A stretch of DNA of 64,000 nt from NCBI RefSeq assembly GCF_963921235.1, contig NC_086108.1, positions 104,844,001 through 104,908,000 on the forward strand. The letters are read 5' to 3'. Shown here piece after piece: positions 26,750-39,800 of the stretch. Position 1 is the stretch's first letter. Every line of letters starts with the position of its first letter. This stretch comes from Mobula hypostoma. Lineage: Eukaryota. The notes beneath the pieces are model-generated. The model was given only the letters and a program-made list of their open reading frames with translations. It was not told where the DNA came from and ran no database searches. The position numbers and the translations under genes were made by a program.

Positions 26750-28443
26750 CTAAGGTTGAGACAGAATGAAAAGGCACCAAGTTGCTTAACTCATTGTAAG
26801 AATGCTGGTCTTCTGTGAACAAAACACTACATCGCTGTAACCTGAATCCTATGTAATAAAGTCATAGACTAATGCAGCACACAAACAGCATCTTCCACCC
26901 TATATGGTACTACCAAGCTCGTCCCATTTTCCCCATAGAAACCAAAGGATCCCAACTGTGGGCGACAGACACCTTGGTTAATGGTAGGGATCAACAGCAT
27001 AATAAACATTGGGAGCTCCTGCTCCAAACCCTTCATTCCCACTTACTTAGCCAAACGTCTTTTAAATATTATTATTGTACCTGCCTCAACCACTTGCCCT
27101 GATGGCTTAGTCCACACATGCACTACCCTCTGAGCAAAGAAGTTGCCCCTCCAGTCCCTTTTAAATCTTTTTCCTCTCACCTTAAACTTCTGCTTTCTCA
27201 GTTTGAGTTTCTCTTTCCTGCGAGAAAGACTGTGCACGTTCATCCTATCTGTGCCGCTCATATATGTCTATAAAATCACCCCTCAGTCTCCTATGTTCCA
27301 GGTAATAAAGTCTTAACCTGCATAACCTCTCCCTATAACTCAAGCCCGCGTATCCTGGCAGAATCCTTGTAAATTGTCTCTGCGGAGAAATCAATGTTCA
27401 TGCCATCAGCTTCCTCCAGCCTGATAGTATGAATATTGCTCCTCCAAACTGAGTGCGGCCCCACCGTGGCAGTGGAGAAGGCCATGGACCGGCACGTCAG
27501 AATGGGAATGGGAGGTCAAATTGAAATGGCTAGCCATTGGAAGATCCTGCATTTTGTGGCAGACAGAGCAAAGGTGCTCAACAAAGCAATTCCCAAACCT
27601 GTTGAAATCAATTTATAATAAAGAGAAAGGGTTGGACTTAGACTCAGTGTGAATTCTTTCCGTCTACATTGCCCACTCATCCTAAGGTGTTGGCCACCTC
27701 TGAGGGAGTCAGTGAGCACAAGTATTTTATTTTTAATGCTTTTAATTATTTGCTTTAATTTAATTTGTTAAGTTAAATTTTATTTTAATTATTAGATATA
27801 TTTGAGGAGTTTGTACAGGTTTCTATAAGAGACGTTGGAAAAAATCGTCTTGACAGATGGCAAGGTGTGACTGGCCAACAGGGTGTTGCAGAGGCTCAAG
27901 ATGCATCTGCTGAGAAGCCCGTCCACCTTGCAGGCACCTCTCAGCTGGGGAGGGTCAATTCATCTGGGTCTCTGCAACCTGGAAGGTAATTCCAGGGTGG
28001 GCATCGCCAATGGCAACTCTATGAAGCAGGCCTGGTCTCCCCTCCCCTACCACAGCTCCAGCAGTACAAGATGGTCAAATCTATTAATCACTGACATGAA
28101 AATTACCACCTGATTAAAAGCCTTGATTCCTGTCTGTCACTTAACAAATAAATTACTTCCAGTGATTAAAAATTCCATAATCAAACCAATGCAAGCACAT
28201 TTATCAAGTCGGTTTCCTTGTCTATCAAATATTTATTAGTTAAATTATTCATTTACTTTGTGTTCAATAACTCATGTAAAATAGAATGTAATGATTAAGG
28301 AGGGTGGTGAAACTGGGATAGAGGTGGGATGTAAATATGTTCTTGTGGTGATCAGAATGGGCTGGTTCACCTCCTTTCTTTCTCAGAATGACTAAACCTG
28401 TCTGGTCCACCCTGGATCAAAGATTGGCTTTATTTGCCATGTA

Positions 28444-28984
28444 CATTCAGTGGCCACTTTATTAGATACACTTCTACACCTTCTCGTTAATGCAAATCAG
28501 CCAATCATGCGGCAGCCATTCAATGCATAAAAGCACACAGACATGGGAAGTGATTTTTGTTCCAAACATCAGAATGGGGAAGAAATGTGACCTGCATGAC
28601 TTTGACCGTGGAGTTATTGTTGGTGCCAGACAGGGTGGTTTGAGTATCTCAGAAACTGCTGATCAGAGATTTTCACACACAACAATCTCTAGACTTTATG
28701 GAGAATGGTGTGAAAGACAAAAAGACATCCTACGAACAGCGGTTCTGGGGGCAAAACCGCCTTGTTAATGAGTGAGATCAGAGGAGATTAGGCGGACTGG
28801 CTCAAGCTGATGTGAAGGCGTCAGGAATTCAAATAGACCCACATTACAACAGTGGTGTGCAGAAGAGCCTCTCTGAATGTCGAACCTTGAAGTCGTTGGG
28901 CTACAGCAGCAGAAGACCATAATCATACACTTAGTTGCCAGTTTATTAGCTACAGGAGGTATCTAATATAGTGGCCACTCAGTG
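28444..28984 (+). mobile_element. Non-autonomous Tc1/mariner element, same family as 13192-13733
   Basis: TA|cattcagtggccactttattag...ctaatatagtggccactcagtg|TA; MGKKCDLHDFDRGVIVGARQGGLSISETAD. Confidence 0.88.
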
Positions 28985-29552
28985 TAAACCAGCCACGATC
29001 GAATGGTGGAGCAGACTCGATGGGTCAAATAATCTAATTCTACTCCAATGTTTCATGGTCTTGCTAGATCACTCTTAGTAAAGCCTCATTTCCAACCTTT
29101 CAACTCTGGGGAGTATGAAGAGTGTTTGATGGCTCTGGGCCTGTGCTCACTGGAAAAATGAGAGGGGATCTCATTGAAATCTATTGAATATTGAGAGGCT
29201 CAGACACAGTGGACATGGAGTGGGTATTTCCTACAGTGGGAGAGTGTTGGACCAGAGGGCCCAGACTCATAATAGATGGACGCCCATTTAAAACAGAGAT
29301 GAGGAGGAATTTATTTAACTCAAGGGTGGTGATTCTGTGGAATTCATTGCCGCAGATGGCTGTGGAGGTCAAGTCATTGGGTATATATAAAATGGAGGTT
29401 GATAGGTTCAAAAGGTTCCAGGGAGAAGGAAGAAGAATGGGGTTGAGAGGGATAATAAATGAACCATGATGCAATGGTGGAGCAGCTTCGATGGGCTGAA
29501 TGACATAATTCTGCTCCGATGTTTCATGGTCTTACATCTTATTGTATTATGG

Positions 29553-30705
29553 TGTAATGCTCTGTAAAGTTTCACTGCTAATGTAATGGTTTCTCTGTAA
29601 GGTTTCACTCCTAATAGAAACATAGAAACATAGAAAATAGGTGCAGGAGTAGGCCATTCGGCCCTTCGAGCCTGCACCGCCATTCAGTATGATCATGGCT
29701 GATCATCCAACTCAGAACCCTGCACCAACCTTCCCTCCATACCCCCGATCCCTTTAGCCACAAGGGCCATATCTAACTCCCTCTTAAACATAGCCAATGA
29801 ACTGGCCTCAACTGTTTCCCGTGGCAGAGAATTCCACAGATTCACCACTCTCTGTGTGAAGAAGTTTTTCCTAATCTCGGTCCTAAAAGGCTTCCCCTTT
29901 ATCCTCAAACTGTGACCCCTCGTTCTGGACTTCCCCAACATCGGGAACAATCTTCCTGCATCTAGCCTGTCCAATTCCTTTAGGATTTGATACGTTTCAA
30001 TCAGATCCCACCTCAATCTTCTAAATTCCAATGAGTACAAGCCCAGTTCGTCCAGTCTTTCTTCATATGAAAGTCCTGCCATCCCAGGAATCAATCTGGT
30101 GAACCTTCTTTGTACTCCCTCTATGGCAAGGATGCCTTTCCTCAGATTAGGGGACCAAAACTGCACACAATACTCCAGGTGATGGTTTCTCTGTAGCAGC
30201 AGTGTCTGGGTTATGACCAGAGATAATGGGGGCCTTGGAATGTGCGCCGTCCAATGTAAGGTGTTGTTTCTTTCTTGTGTGTTGGAGAGAAGCGATTCAC
30301 GCGCTTTTGGTTCGGGAGATGATGGAAAGAGAAGATGCCAGAAAGGGGAAGTTGTAGACTGCAGGACTGAGCCATCTTCTAATGGGGTCGGGAGTTGATG
30401 GCTGGGGAAAATTGATGGAGGACGAACGGATGTGAAAACTGTGAGCTCCAACATGCGCATTAGACTGTTTCATCAAAATGGGCCCATTTTCTTTTCTGTT
30501 TTCCTTACTAACCTCATAGTCAAATTAAGAATTATAAAGCTCAATCGTTTAATTGCATATTGTGTACTGTTTGTTATTTCGTGGTGCTGATTTGTAACAG
30601 GGGACACATCGTGCTGCATCCACCCAAACCACATTTCTCAAGTTTGGCCGGGCTGGAGCCTGTCTCCCCCGAGATTAATGCAGCTGGCCGGACCCGAGGG
30701 TTACA
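29553..30705. mobile_element. Solo LTR split by a young CR1 3' fragment (about 29616-30178, minus)
   Basis: TGTAA...TTACA termini; 4-bp TSD ATGG (29549-29552, 30706-30709); CR1 with (tagaaaca)n tail. Confidence 0.85.
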
Positions 30706-30816
30706 ATGGGCTTATGTTTTATGGCCCTATGGTCTTTCCAGATCTGTCTTAGTAAATCCCCACTTGCAACCTTTCAACTCAGGATAGAGCAGTTCTCTTT
30801 GTCCCCAGATACTGAC

Positions 30817-31022
30817 CTTCATATGCCTCAGTGTAAATGTTATATGGTCCATAAGGTACAGTGCTGGAGGTTTGGCATTGACAGCTGCTGCAATGATGGG
30901 TGAGTTCAAGGTATATTCCTTCTGCGGTACCGTCCCGTTGACTTCCCACTCCTGGGAGCTATTAGCGGCTTCCAGCAGCAACCCAATACTATTAAACTGC
31001 AGGAAAATGACCGCCACAGTCC
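30817..31022 (-). CDS. ADGRL4: ADGRL4 exon (206 nt, GAIN subdomain B)
   Basis: atctttag|GG ACT GTG...ATG AAG|gtcagt; TVAVIFLQFNSIGLLL...SPIIAAAVNAKPPALYLMDHITFTLRHMK within ORF 30727..31068. Confidence 0.95.
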
Positions 31023-31110
31023 CTAAAGATACACAGAAACATCTTCCGTGAGTATTACTGACAAACAAGACACGGAATCATACTCAATCCATCGCCTGCA
31101 GTTTGCTTAC

Positions 31111-31227
31111 CGTTTGAGCTGGCCCCGTCGTCCTTTCGTCCAGAAATACTTATATGACTGTCTTCCAAATTTGCTTGAGTTGGAGGTTGCTCATCTTGAT
31201 TTAGATCAAAAGTGTACATTTTGAGAG
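31111..31227 (-). CDS. ADGRL4: ADGRL4 exon (117 nt, GAIN)
   Basis: cttccacag|CT CTC AAA...TCA AAC G|gtaagc; (T)LKMYTFDLNQDEQPPTQANLEDSHISISGRKDDGASSN(G); phase 1 to 1; not in the ORF track. Confidence 0.9.
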
Positions 31228-31819
31228 CTGTGGAAGCAGGGAAACGTTATTAATAAGTCATGAATCAGTAACTCTGCCTGCTCAGACTCTTCTAAATATA
31301 AACATATATCGTACACCCATCAGCAAAAATATAACAGCACCGGTAAATATTCACAGGCTGCATGAAGGAAACAATGCTGAATTTAAAGAAAAATATATTT
31401 TTTAGCCAACTCTAGCAGAAGCTGATGGAAGTAGTGCATGTTTCTGCATTTCCTGACAGTTCAGCATTTAACTTCTCAAGGTGGTCTGTGGAATAATGTC
31501 TCTCCCTCATCACAGAGTCATAGAATACTACAACACAGAAAAAGGTCCTTTGGCCCATTGAGACCATGCTAAACTATTATCCTGCCTAGTCCCGTTGACC
31601 TGCACCCAGACTGTCACCCTCCCTACCCCTCCCATCCATGTAGTTATCCATATTTTTCTTAGTGCTGAAATCCACTGGCAGCTCATTCCACAATCTCATG
31701 ACCCTCTGAAGAAGTTCCCACTCATGTTCCCCTTAAACATTTCACCTTTCACCTTTAACACATGGCCTCTCATCCTAAAATTCCTACTGCTGGAGCCTCC
31801 ATTTATGCCGTGTCATCTC

Positions 31820-32430
31820 TAAGCTTATAACCTAATGGTATCAAATCTGAGTCGAGTATGATGTTCTCCTAAAAGGTCGGCTTTTGTTGGGTCCTCGGGT
31901 GGCTGTAGAGGCTGACGCGGAATCCACATATTCTGCTGCAGTGTGGGCAAAAGTAAGTGGTGGTTGTCATTGGCGGTTGGGTCTTTTGGTTGTTCGGTCT
32001 CTCCAGTCACAGGTGTTGCTTCTTCCCTGTGGCACAGTGGAGGTCACGATCATGTAGCCTAGCTCCTTCTTGAACAGATTTCCTGCAGGTGATTCTATTG
32101 AGTGCCATGTCTTTCCCGTTTTTAGATGTAATGTTGAATTTCTTCAGGCTGATTTTGAAGCTACCTTTGAAGCATTTCTTTTGCCAGCCAGGGGTTCATT
32201 GACCTTCCTTCAATTGGGAGTAAAGGATTTGTTTGGAGAAACATCCAGATAACATAATCTATCATCGGAGTTGGTGTTGCTTTATCATGCTGTTCTCCTC
32301 CAGTACACTGTTTTTAGTGCATCTGAGCTTCCAGCCAATTCTCAAAACCTTTTGTAAGGAACTTTGGTGGTATTGTTCCTGGGCTTTCAGGTGCCTATTG
32401 TAGGTGGTTCATGATTTAACTCCATTCATT
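31820..32430 (-). mobile_element. Decayed RTE-clade LINE 3' fragment
   Basis: KQILYSQLKEG and C-terminal CPHCSRICG...SLYSH zinc-finger remnant on the minus strand. Confidence 0.7.
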
Positions 32431-32622
32431 AGACCATAAGACATAGGAGCAGAATAAGGCCACTCAGCCCATCAATTTTGTTCCATCATTCCTTCATAAC
32501 TGACTTATTGTCCCACTCAACCACACTGTCCTACCTTCTCCCTGTAACATTTGACACCCTGACTAACCAAGAACCTATCGACGTCTGCTTTAAAGACACC
32601 CAATGACTTGGCCTCCATAGTC

Positions 32623-32966
32623 TTTTCTTTCTTTTTCAATCTTTCTATTAGTTTCATAAAATATAAACATAACATAGCAATAATACAAAATAGTTGGGAA
32701 TACATTGTTATACTTAAGATGAGTAATTATAAAACCAAATAGTATTAATTGACAAAACTCCCAATCATGTAGGATACCAATGAATAATACAGGACAAAAA
32801 GAAAATTACTAGAGAAAAATCATGAAAAAAGAAAAAAAAACAACCCCCCCAAAAAAAACTAATCTAAACAGAATTAATCAACTAAACTAAAAGGACTTGG
32901 GCAATTTTAACAACGTAAAAATGGAAGAAAAGAAAACCTTAGTGTCGACGACTCCGTTCCTCTCAA
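32623..32966 (-). mobile_element. 5'-truncated L1/Tx1-like 3' UTR insertion
   Basis: Perfect 13-bp TSD ggcctccatagtc (32610-32622, 32967-32979); A-rich tail on the minus strand; clade is inferred. Confidence 0.7.
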
Positions 32967-34041
32967 GGCCTCCATAGTCACCCGTGGCAATGAATTCCAC
33001 AATTCCTAACTCTCTGGCTAAATAAATTCCTTCTCATCTCTGTTCTAAATGGACATCTCTTTATTCTGAGGCTGTGTCCTCTGGTCCTAGACTTATCTAC
33101 TAAAGGAAACATCCTCTCCACATCCACTTTGTCTAGGCTTTTCAATATTCAATAGGTTTCAATGAGATACCCCTCATTCTTCTAACGTCCAGTGAGTACA
33201 GGCCCAGAGCCATCAAATGCTACTCAAATGTTAACCCTTTCACGCCCAGATTCATTCTCGTGAACCTCCTCTGGACAGTCTCCAATGCCAGCATATCTTT
33301 TCTTTGATAAGAGGCCCAAAACTGCTCAAAATACTCCAAATGCAGTCTGACCAATGCCTTATATAGCCTCAGCATCACATCTTTGCTCTTACATTCTAGT
33401 CCTCTCAAAGTGAATGCAAACATTGTATTTGTCTTCCATACCATCAAGTCAACCTGCAATTTAATCTTCGGAGAATCATGTATGATTACTCCCAAGTCCC
33501 TTTGCCCTTCTGACTTTTGAATTATCTCCCTGTTTAGAAACTAATCTATGCCTTTATTCCTTCTACCAAAGTGCTTAACCGTACACTTCACTATACTCCA
33601 TCTCTGCCACTTCTTTGCCCATTCTCCCAATCTATCCAGGTCCTTCTTCAGACTCCCTGTCTTTGTATCATCTGCAAACATGGCCACAAAGCCATCAATT
33701 CTCTAATTCATTGACATATAACGTGAAAAGAACCCATCCCAGTACCAACACTATTGTCACTGGCAGCCAATCAGAATGGACAACCGTTATTCTGACTCTG
33801 TCTCTTGCTACTCAGAAAATCTTCTTTCCATGTTAGTATCTTTCGTGTAATACCATGAGCTCTTATTTTGTCACCTTTCAAAGGCCTTCTGAAAATTCAA
33901 GTAAACAGCGTCCACTTTGTCTATCCTGCCCGTTATTTCCTCAAAGAATTCCAAGAGATTTGTCAGGCAAGATTTCCTCTTAAGGAAATTATGCTGGCCT
34001 TGGCCTACTTTATCATGTGCTTCCAAGTACCCTGAAATCTC

Positions 34042-35329
34042 CTCTTCTTCTTCTTCTTTTTTGTTTTATGGCGGTTGGCAACCAGTTTTCAGTGCATTAC
34101 CGCCAGCTGCTAGACTTCTTGTGTTTCCGACCAAATATGTCCTGGACTTCTCTATTTTAGACAATCTAGTTCAGCCTGCAGTTCTCTATTAGCATCACTC
34201 TGTAGTTGCAATTCCTAGTGAATGCTTAATGTGCTCATTAGATAACACCGCAAACTGCTATTCTTCCCTAATTTTGTCACGTTTTCGTGTAGTTGCATTA
34301 CCTCAATTACATTGATTTCATCTACATCACTTGTAAGACTAAAATCATCTTGTTAAAGAATAGTAATTATCGCACGTTATACTTTTAAATTGCTGTTTTT
34401 CGAAGTCTACCTGCTTTTTCAGGTTTTCTTTTATTTGGATCGTAGCCTGCAGTTGTTTACTGAGACCTCGGAGTTCTTCTTCATTTGCTTCAATGTTTTC
34501 ATTTTATAATCTGAATGTACATAATTCACTTTGCAACAAATTCCTTTTCTTTTTGTATCCTTGTAATAATTTTCTTCATTTTCCAATCTCTTTCCAACTC
34601 ACCGTTGTTCTTGTCGGGTACTTCTATTTGTTGTTGGTGTTCTGCACATTTACCCTGGGCTTCAACCATAAAATCTGAGGATTTTCCTTAAGTTCTGAAA
34701 CATTTCTTAAATTCTTGACCATTTGCGATAAGTATACTGCCATTAAGATTCCATCTCCCCCACCTGAACTGTTGAATCCTCCATTCAGCGTTTCTTTGAC
34801 TTCTTCCCACCTAATTCCTTTAATACCAAGATACTTTTCTGCAGACTTGATGATAATTCTAATTTTCTCAGTTCTTTTGCTTGTTTGCGCTGAAGAATTG
34901 CGTTCACCATAAGAAGCACAAAATCCTTTCTACTCATTAATAGTGTATCCTTATTTTTCATATTACAGCCCTCACAATTCACCAGTTTATTATTCCCTGT
35001 ATTTGTTTGCTTGACAACCTTTTTTCATCAAATTCTTTCACAGCCTCTGCATAACTGATTCCTTGAGTTACTTTTACATACTGTATCTCAACCACCTTCT
35101 TGCTATAAATGCACCCTCGACAAGCTGCGCTGTGTTCCTCGCCACAATTGCAGCATTTCAGCCTAGTTCCCGCTTCACATTTCCCATATTCATGTTCTCC
35201 AGCGAATCTCCCTCATCTTTGTTTTCCTCTGCAGACCGCTGCAATGTGCCCAAATTTCTGACATTTATATATATGTTGCTCTAGATGCCACCATCTCCTA
35301 TGTGAGTGGACTGGCTGAAATTAAAAATT
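34042..35329 (-). mobile_element. Nimb/I-clade LINE derivative: ORF1 zinc knuckles, stub of ORF2 endonuclease and 3' end, no RT
   Basis: YKCQKFGHIAAVC...KCCNCGEEHSAACRGC...ISYAEAV; LIANGQEFKK..SELKENPQI..WLKP; ggcggtaatgcac...ttgccaaccgcc..(aag)n 3' end; 7-bp TSD aaatctc. Confidence 0.8.
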
Positions 35330-36207
35330 AAATCTCATCCTTAATAAAAGTCTCCAACATTTTCCCAACCACTGAAGTCAGGTTAACTGGTCTATGATTT
35401 CCTTTCTTCTGCCTCCCTCTCTTCTTAAAGAGTTGAGGGTCTTTTTCAATTTTCTAGTTCTCTGGAGCTATTACAGAATCTATTGATTCTTGAACGATCA
35501 TTACTAATGTCTCCACAATCTCTTCAGCTACCCCTTTCAGAATCCTGGGGTGTAGTTCATTTAGTTATCTACCTCCAGACCTTTCAGCTTCTCAAGCATC
35601 CTCTCCTTAGTAATAGCAATTACATTCACCTCTGCCCTTTTTGGATTTCGGATATTCTGCTGGTGTCTTCCACAGTGAAGACTGACATAAAATACTTATT
35701 AAGTTTGTCCGGCGTTTTATGATCCTCATTACTACCTCTCCGGAATCATTTTCTAGAAGTCCAACCTCCACTGTTGCTTGTCTTTTAATCTTTATTTCTC
35801 TGAAAAGACTTCTGTTATTCTCTTTGATATTTTTGGCTAGCTTACCTTCATATTTAATCTTTTCTCTCCTTATGCTTTTTTTCAGATGCCTTCGGGTGCG
35901 TTTTAAGAGCTTCCCAATCCTCTAACTTTCCACTAATTTTTGATGAATTATATACCCTCTGTTTTGCTTTTATGCTTTCTTTGACTTCCCTTTCCCTTGT
36001 CACCAACAATTGCTTTATCTTCCCTTTAGAATAGTTATTCATTTTTGGGATGTTTCTATCCTGCGCCTTCGAATTGCCTTCAGAAACTCCAACCAATGTT
36101 AGTCTACTGAAATCCCTGTTAGGGACCCCTTCCAATCACCTTTGGCCAGCTCCTCTCTCATGCCTCTGTAATTCAGTTTACTCCACTGTAAAATTATTAC
36201 ATCTGAT

Positions 36208-36833
36208 TTGACAATAAACTGGACTGGTCAAAGAACACTGAGGCTGTCTACAAGAAGGGTCAGAGCCGTCTCTATTTCCTGAGGAGACTGAGGTCCTTTA
36301 ACATCTGCCAGACGATGCTGAGGATGTTCTACGAGTCTGTGGTGGCCAATGCGATCATGTTTGCTGTTGTGTGCTGGGGCAGCAGGCTGAGGGTAGCAGA
36401 CACCAACAGAATCAACAAACTCATTCGTAAGGCCAGTGATGTTGTGGGGATGGAACTGGACTCTCTGACGGTGGTGTCTGAAAAGAGGATGCTGTCCAAG
36501 TTGCATGCCATCTTGGTCTGTGTCTCCCATCCACTACATAATGTACTGGTTGGGCACAGGAGTACATTCAGCCAGAGACTCATTCCACCGAGATGCAACA
36601 CATAGCGTCATAGGAAGTCATTCCTGCCTGTAGCCATCAAACTTTACAACTCCTCCCTTAGAAGGTCAGACACCCTGAGCCAATAGGCTGGTCCTGGACT
36701 TATTTTCTGGCATAATTTACAGATTACTATTTAATTATTTATGGTTTTATTACTATTGAATTATTTATGGTGCAACTGTAGCGAAAACCAATTTCTCCCA
36801 GGATCAATAAAGTATGACTATGACTATGACTAT
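36208..36833 (+). mobile_element. 5'-truncated Rex1, near-identical to 9319-9966
   Basis: ORF 36315..36605; (tatgac)n tail. Confidence 0.9.
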
Positions 36834-39800
36834 TTTATCTTCTCCTTTGCAAACTTCAGGGTAAGTTCAGTAATGTAGCAATGCCACCTGCACTGTAAAC
36901 CGGAAGTTTTTTTTTAAACCTGTAGGTCACAGTCTCAGTGGTGAGTCTGTGGAATTCATAGCTGTGGGCAGCTGTGGAGGCCAAGTGATTGGGTATATTT
37001 AAAGAGGAGGTTGACTGATTCTTGATTAGTGAGGGTGCGGAAGATCATGGTGAGAAGCAAAAGAATGGGGTTGAGAGAGAAAAGATTAAGTAGGAAGTTA
37101 AGCTAGTAGAATGGCAGAGCAAACTCAGTGGGTCAAAAAGCCCCATATGGTCTTCTGGCCTTCAAAAACTCTTTTCCTTAACCTTGAATAGGCTCCACTA
37201 GCACTACTCAGGCAGAGGTTCATCTCTGAGTAGGTGTCTGCTGTAGAGGAGAAAATGTTGCCAAAGTAGGCAAAGTGGAAGTTTAATTTCAACCAGTCCA
37301 CTCACACTCACACAGGAGACCGTGGCACCTAGAGCAACATAGATAATGCTGGAGGAGCGCAGTGGGTTAAAATGCATCAGCATCAGGGAGCATGTCAGCT
37401 TTGGGTGGCATGGTGGTGTAGCAGTTAGCAAAATCCTTTAACATCAATCACCGATTGGGGTTTGATTTCCACTGCTGTCCATAAGGACTTTGTACATTCT
37501 CCCCATGACAACATGGTTTCCTCCAAATTCTCTGGTTTCCTCCCACATTCCAAAGACATACAAGTTAGGGTTAGTAAGTCGTGGGCATGCTATGTTAGCA
37601 CCGGGAACATGTGGACTGACCCCAGCACAAATGAAGCTTTTCACTGACTGTTTTCGATGTTTCAATGCATATGTGACATTACACTAATCTCTGTCTTCAG
37701 CATCTGTGGAAGGAGACGGACAATTGGCTTTTTGGGTCAAGACTCTTCATCTGGATAACATCATTTAAGAAAGGAACGCTGGCTTTGGAGAGGGTTCAGA
37801 GGCCAAGTCCCTTTATCGGGACTGGAGAGGAGGGGGTGGGGGGGGGGAAGTCAGAGTAAGAAATCGGGGAGGGGAAGTAGTGAGAGATTAGTAGAAGATG
37901 ATAAATGAGACCAGGTATGGACGAAAGTGCGTGGGTGGGAAGGGGAGGGGGAAATAAAATAAAAAGCTAGAACAGGACAAGTGGAGGAGGTAAAAGGCTG
38001 AAGAAAAAAGGAATTTGCTTCTTTTCCCTTTCTTCTTTCCAGCTCTGAAGAAGGGGCTCATCCCAACATGTTAACTGTTTAATTCCATAGATGCTGCCTG
38101 ACCTGCTGGGTTCCTCTAGCATTTTGTGTGTGCTGTTCTGGATTTCCCATCATCTGCAGACTCTCTTGTATTTCTAGGTTCAGGGTGTTGCTTGACTTAT
38201 TCTCTGTTTCCTCTGACTGTTTGCTTTGGCATCTGATTTCAGTTATTAGCTCTTTGCTTAGAGCTAGTTTGCAGTGCTTGGCGATTACATGATCCATTTT
38301 GTTAATTGATTCAAATCATGAGCCAAATATTTGCTTCTTAATGTATCCAAGCCTCCACCTACAGAAAAGCATTTCCATTTGACTGTGCATAAATAACACT
38401 TTATTCCCCTTGGAACCTCTCTTGGAAATACTCCTGTTAAAATCATTTTATAAACTAAAATGTCCTGAGGTGCTTTGCAGTAAACATTATCAGTCAAAAT
38501 TTGGTGGGAACTACACAAGTGCAGAGTTTGGTGAAAGCAAGGGGTTTAGGAAAATCGGGTCTATTGACACAGGACATAGATGTCCAGGAATGGAAAACCC
38601 TATAGAGTGATGGGTACAGACCAGTCCATAACAGAGTAAGCCCTCTCCAGAATTGAGCACACCTCCAAGAAACACTGCCACAAGAAAGCAGCATCCATCA
38701 TCAAGGACCACCACCACTCAGGCCCTTCTCAATTCTTGCTAATACCATCAGGCAGGGGGTACAGAAGCCCCATGTCCCACAACACCAGGTTCAGGAATGG
38801 TTATTACCCTTTAACCATCAGACCCATGAACCAGTGTGGATAACTTCACTCATCTCAACACTGAACCTATGGGTTCACTTTCATGGACTCTGCAACTATT
38901 GTTTACTGTATTTATTTATTTATATTTTTATTATTTGCACAATTTGTCTTCTTTTGCACAATGGTTGTCTGTTAGTCTTTGTTATTTACAGTTTTAATAA
39001 ATTCTCTTTTATATCTTTTATTTTCCTGAAAATGCTGGCAAAAAAAAATCAAATCTCAAGGTAGTATATGATGACATATACGTACTTCAATGATAAATTT
39101 ACTTTGAACTTTATGATTTAGTCCAGGTTTCAGAGTTTGGGTTCAGACAGCTGAAGGGGTGGAATGGAGACCTGGTAATTTGACTGGAACATGGAATGAG
39201 TATTTATGAGGAAAGACTAGACTGGCTAGACTTGCTTTAGAGCACCAGGGATCACTGATCAGGATTCAACTCCTGCCACTGCATTTAAGGAGTTTGCATG
39301 TTCTCCATGCGTGTTTCCTCTGGGTATTCTGGTCTCCTTCTAGATTCCAAAGATGTATGGGTGAATTGTTGGCATGCTATGTTGGCGCCAGCAATGTGAC
39401 AACACCTGCAGACTGCCTAGCACAATCCTTGCTGATTTGACTTGACACAAATGACATTCTTCGCTGTACATTTTGATATTTGGATGTAGATGTGACAAAC
39501 AAGTCTTATCTTAACCTATCTTCAATTCGCTGAACTGATAATTGGTTTATTATTTGTCACATACAGTGAAAATCTTTGTTTTGCGTGGCACCCAGACAGG
39601 TAGTTCACATTGTAAACACAAAAGAAAACACAGAAACAAAATGAAGAATATAGCAGTCGGGTTGAGTTTTTCTCCAATCTTGGCAATTTACTTGCAAACA
39701 TTTCCATCACCACGCGAGGAGAGATTGTCAGTGTACTTTTGATTATGATATGTCCTCTGAATGCTTGGCTTTTATAAATGTTCAATCAACTGATTGGACG

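Larger units (their letters stand above)
32431..36865 (-). mobile_element. Long decayed CR1 LINE hosting three later insertions
   Basis: ORF 33220..33495 (LRLYKALVRLHLEY); host sequence resumes after each insertion. Confidence 0.85.

Noticed and set aside
29693..30460. 255-aa ORF with CR1 motifs
   Set aside because: Chance read-through from LTR sequence into a nested CR1 C-terminus; lacks the RT core
37400..37480. tRNA-like A/B boxes
   Set aside because: Degenerate SINE head continuing into SINE body; no cloverleaf
39690..39760. AG/GT-bounded candidate for the missing GAIN exon
   Set aside because: No homology; the true exon is 31111-31227
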